NCBI RefSeq assembly: GCF_035594765.1
Contig: NC_085846.1
Coordinates: 10,465,190 to 10,529,189 of the forward strand
Reading direction: 5' to 3'
Length of the DNA stretch: 64,000 bases
Source: Anolis carolinensis
Lineage: Eukaryota
Positions 62,401 through 64,000 of this stretch are shown here, in pieces. Position 1 is the first letter of the stretch. Every line of letters begins with the position of its first letter. Under the pieces are notes generated by a model. The model saw nothing but the letters and a program-made list of their open reading frames with translations, was not told the origin of the DNA and made no database searches. A program made the position numbers and the translations under genes.

Positions 62401-63206
62401 TGGATAGAGACTTTGGTACGCAAAGGTATCTTACAGCACCTTTGAGATTATTTAAGGGCACATCTATACAGACTACTTATTTCAAAATGTGGGAGAATAA
62501 TGCTGGAATTTGTAGTTTGGTGAAGCATCAGCAATTTGGTGAAGATTAAAGTGACACTTTCATGATTCCATAACATCGAATCATGGCAGTTAAATTGGTG
62601 TCAAACTGTATTAATTCTGCAGTGTAGGTGCATCTTCAATCTATGAAAGCTTATACTGTACTTTCATAGGTGCTGTAAGATCCCTTTGCATACTGATATT
62701 ACCAATGAATATACATAGTCATTTATTTGAATTCACCTCCTGTAGAGACTTTAGATATTGCAGCTAGAGAGGCTTTTGTTTCATTGTCAGCACAGTTTGC
62801 TTGAAAATCAGTGTCCTTCCACCACCACCAGTGTGCCAATTCTTGCTTTGCCAATTTTTCAAGTAGTCTTGGATGTGATCTGAATGAAAGCCTCTCTCTC
62901 AAATAATTTATCTTAGAGGTGACTGAAAATATGGATGTGATAGACTAGCTAATCTTGCCAAAGGAGCCTGAAAAATCAAGATGACAAACAAACATTGGGT
63001 TGACCAAACCAGAATCGATAAGTCTTATATGATTCCGAGCAGGAATGTTCTGACTTCCTCATGGATGTGCGAACTATTCATTACACTATATAACTGAGAA
63101 ACTCTCTTTCTGTTTAGATATTGGATGGGAACGGATGTTGGCTGTCGGAGGCTCCTTCTTCGCCATCAATGGTCTTATCTTTTCGATCTCCCATTTCTTT
63201 TTTTAA
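56414..63206 (+). CDS. Two-Ig-domain type I membrane receptor (LRC/Fc-receptor-like, ~245 aa); exons 56414-56444, 57274-57312, 58079-58372, 60136-60420, 63118-63206 (stop)
   Basis: All introns phase 1 with GT-AG sites; spliced product MDISLVLSILAVMHIVVLQGASS-ALHPPKITVKP...FRC...GNYTCDYW...SASSDTISLHVT-AAPVFPSLSLKP...LEC...GECRCRY...SKWSNPVSIDVAELH-IGWERMLAVGGSFFAINGLIFSISHFFF*. An additional small exon between 60421 and 63117 cannot be excluded. Confidence 0.8.
56810..57110. mobile_element. Two CR1 3'-end fragments in opposite orientation (56810-56982 plus, ~57000-57110 minus)
   Basis: GGAGGTTTTTAAACAGAGACTGGATAGCCATCT ... (ATTCTATG)n and its reverse complement AGATGGCTATCCAGCCTCTGTTTAAAAGCCTCC. 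Confidence 0.8.
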
Positions 63207-63269
63207 GATTCAGGTAAATGTCATTTCCTGTACAAGTCAAATGCCTAAGGGATTTGGGGATTTCCTTCA

Positions 63270-63540
63270 TTGTGTACCTTATGGAGAGTACAATGTTTTA
63301 CTTAGGAATGGCCTGAGGACATTTATGTGGTTGAAGGATCATTTGGAGTGGTGTTGTCATCAGTATCACTCCAACACACACCTACACTTGGCAGCTATCC
63401 CTTATGCCTTAGTCACATCTAGATTAGATTCCTATCAAGTGTACAATATTCTCTGGAAAAGTGCACTGAGTTTCCAAGTGTGTGGAAATGCAGTGGTAGC
63501 ATTACTATCTGATATGGGTTATATGACTTGGGCTGAATCT
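63270..63540 (+). mobile_element. Degenerate L2/CR1-group LINE RT C-terminal remnant
   Basis: Translation LAAIPYALVTSRLDSY...FQVCGNAVVALLS resembles the L2 motif HALVTSRLDYCN...LQLVQNAAARLL. Confidence 0.55.
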
Positions 63541-63647
63541 ATGCTGCCATTTGAAACTGCATTATATGGTCAAGTTCGATTCATATAATGTACTTCAATG
63601 CAGTTAAATTATATGGGTCTACACCAACTGAATTATATGGGTCTATG

Positions 63648-63774
63648 GCAGGGGCAAACTTCGACTCTCCGGGTGTTTTGGACTTCAATTCCCACAATTT
63701 CTAACAGTTTACCAGCAGTTAGGAATTCTGGGAGTTGAAGTCCAGAACACCTAGAGGGCTGAAGTTTGCCCATG
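63648..63774. mobile_element. hAT-type palindromic MITE
   Basis: GGGCAAACTTC...GAAGTTTGCCC termini and GGTGTTTTGGACTTCAA / TTGAAGTCCAGAACACC core as in the 4313 and 33492 copies. Confidence 0.7.
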
Positions 63775-64000
63775 TGGTCTACAATGATCACATAATGCAG
63801 TTCCAAACTGCATTATATGTCTGTGTGGATCCAGTCTTATGGGCAGGGGGTATAAAATGATAGCATCGCTCCTCTCAAATAAGAATGCTGTCCCCACCCC
63901 CATGTACTTGCCTTTCAATCCCCAAATGTATAGCATTGCAATGACTTAAAAATGGAGTTGAGCATTTGGGAATATAGTTTTGGTATTTAAAAAAAGCGAA

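Noticed and set aside
63121-63588. 155-aa ORF as a protein-coding gene
   Set aside because: Its start overlaps the TM exon in a different frame and its second half is a degenerate LINE RT remnant.

Overview
Eukaryotic (squamate reptile, most likely Anolis, judged from Sauria SINEs, CR1 with (ATTCTATG)n tails, Bov-B/RTE and hAT/Helitron families) genomic DNA containing a vomeronasal type-2 receptor (V2R, class C GPCR) cluster. By walking splice sites I reconstruct three intact 6-exon V2R genes on the minus strand (B 5225-11476, C 21258-27723, D 32140-39954), exon 1 of a fourth (A, 493-710, continuing off the left edge), a 5'-truncated V2R pseudogene (E, 45450-46938) and an intact divergent V2R on the plus strand (F, 48157-53541). 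A/B and C/D are a tandemly duplicated two-gene cassette with signs of gene conversion. Right of the cluster is a 5-exon gene that the ORF track only shows in pieces (56414-63206): split signal peptide, two C2-type Ig domains of LRC/FcR-like type and a tailless transmembrane segment with an FcR-like polar motif (FFAINGLIF), i.e. a candidate activating immune receptor. The rest is dense, nested transposon sequence (solo LTR, CR1, Bov-B, Dong/R4, Helitrons, hAT/mariner/Harbinger MITEs, SINEs, a 683-bp foldback palindrome) and microsatellites. No prokaryotic systems, CRISPR arrays, rRNA or true tRNA genes are seen. All alignments were done by eye.
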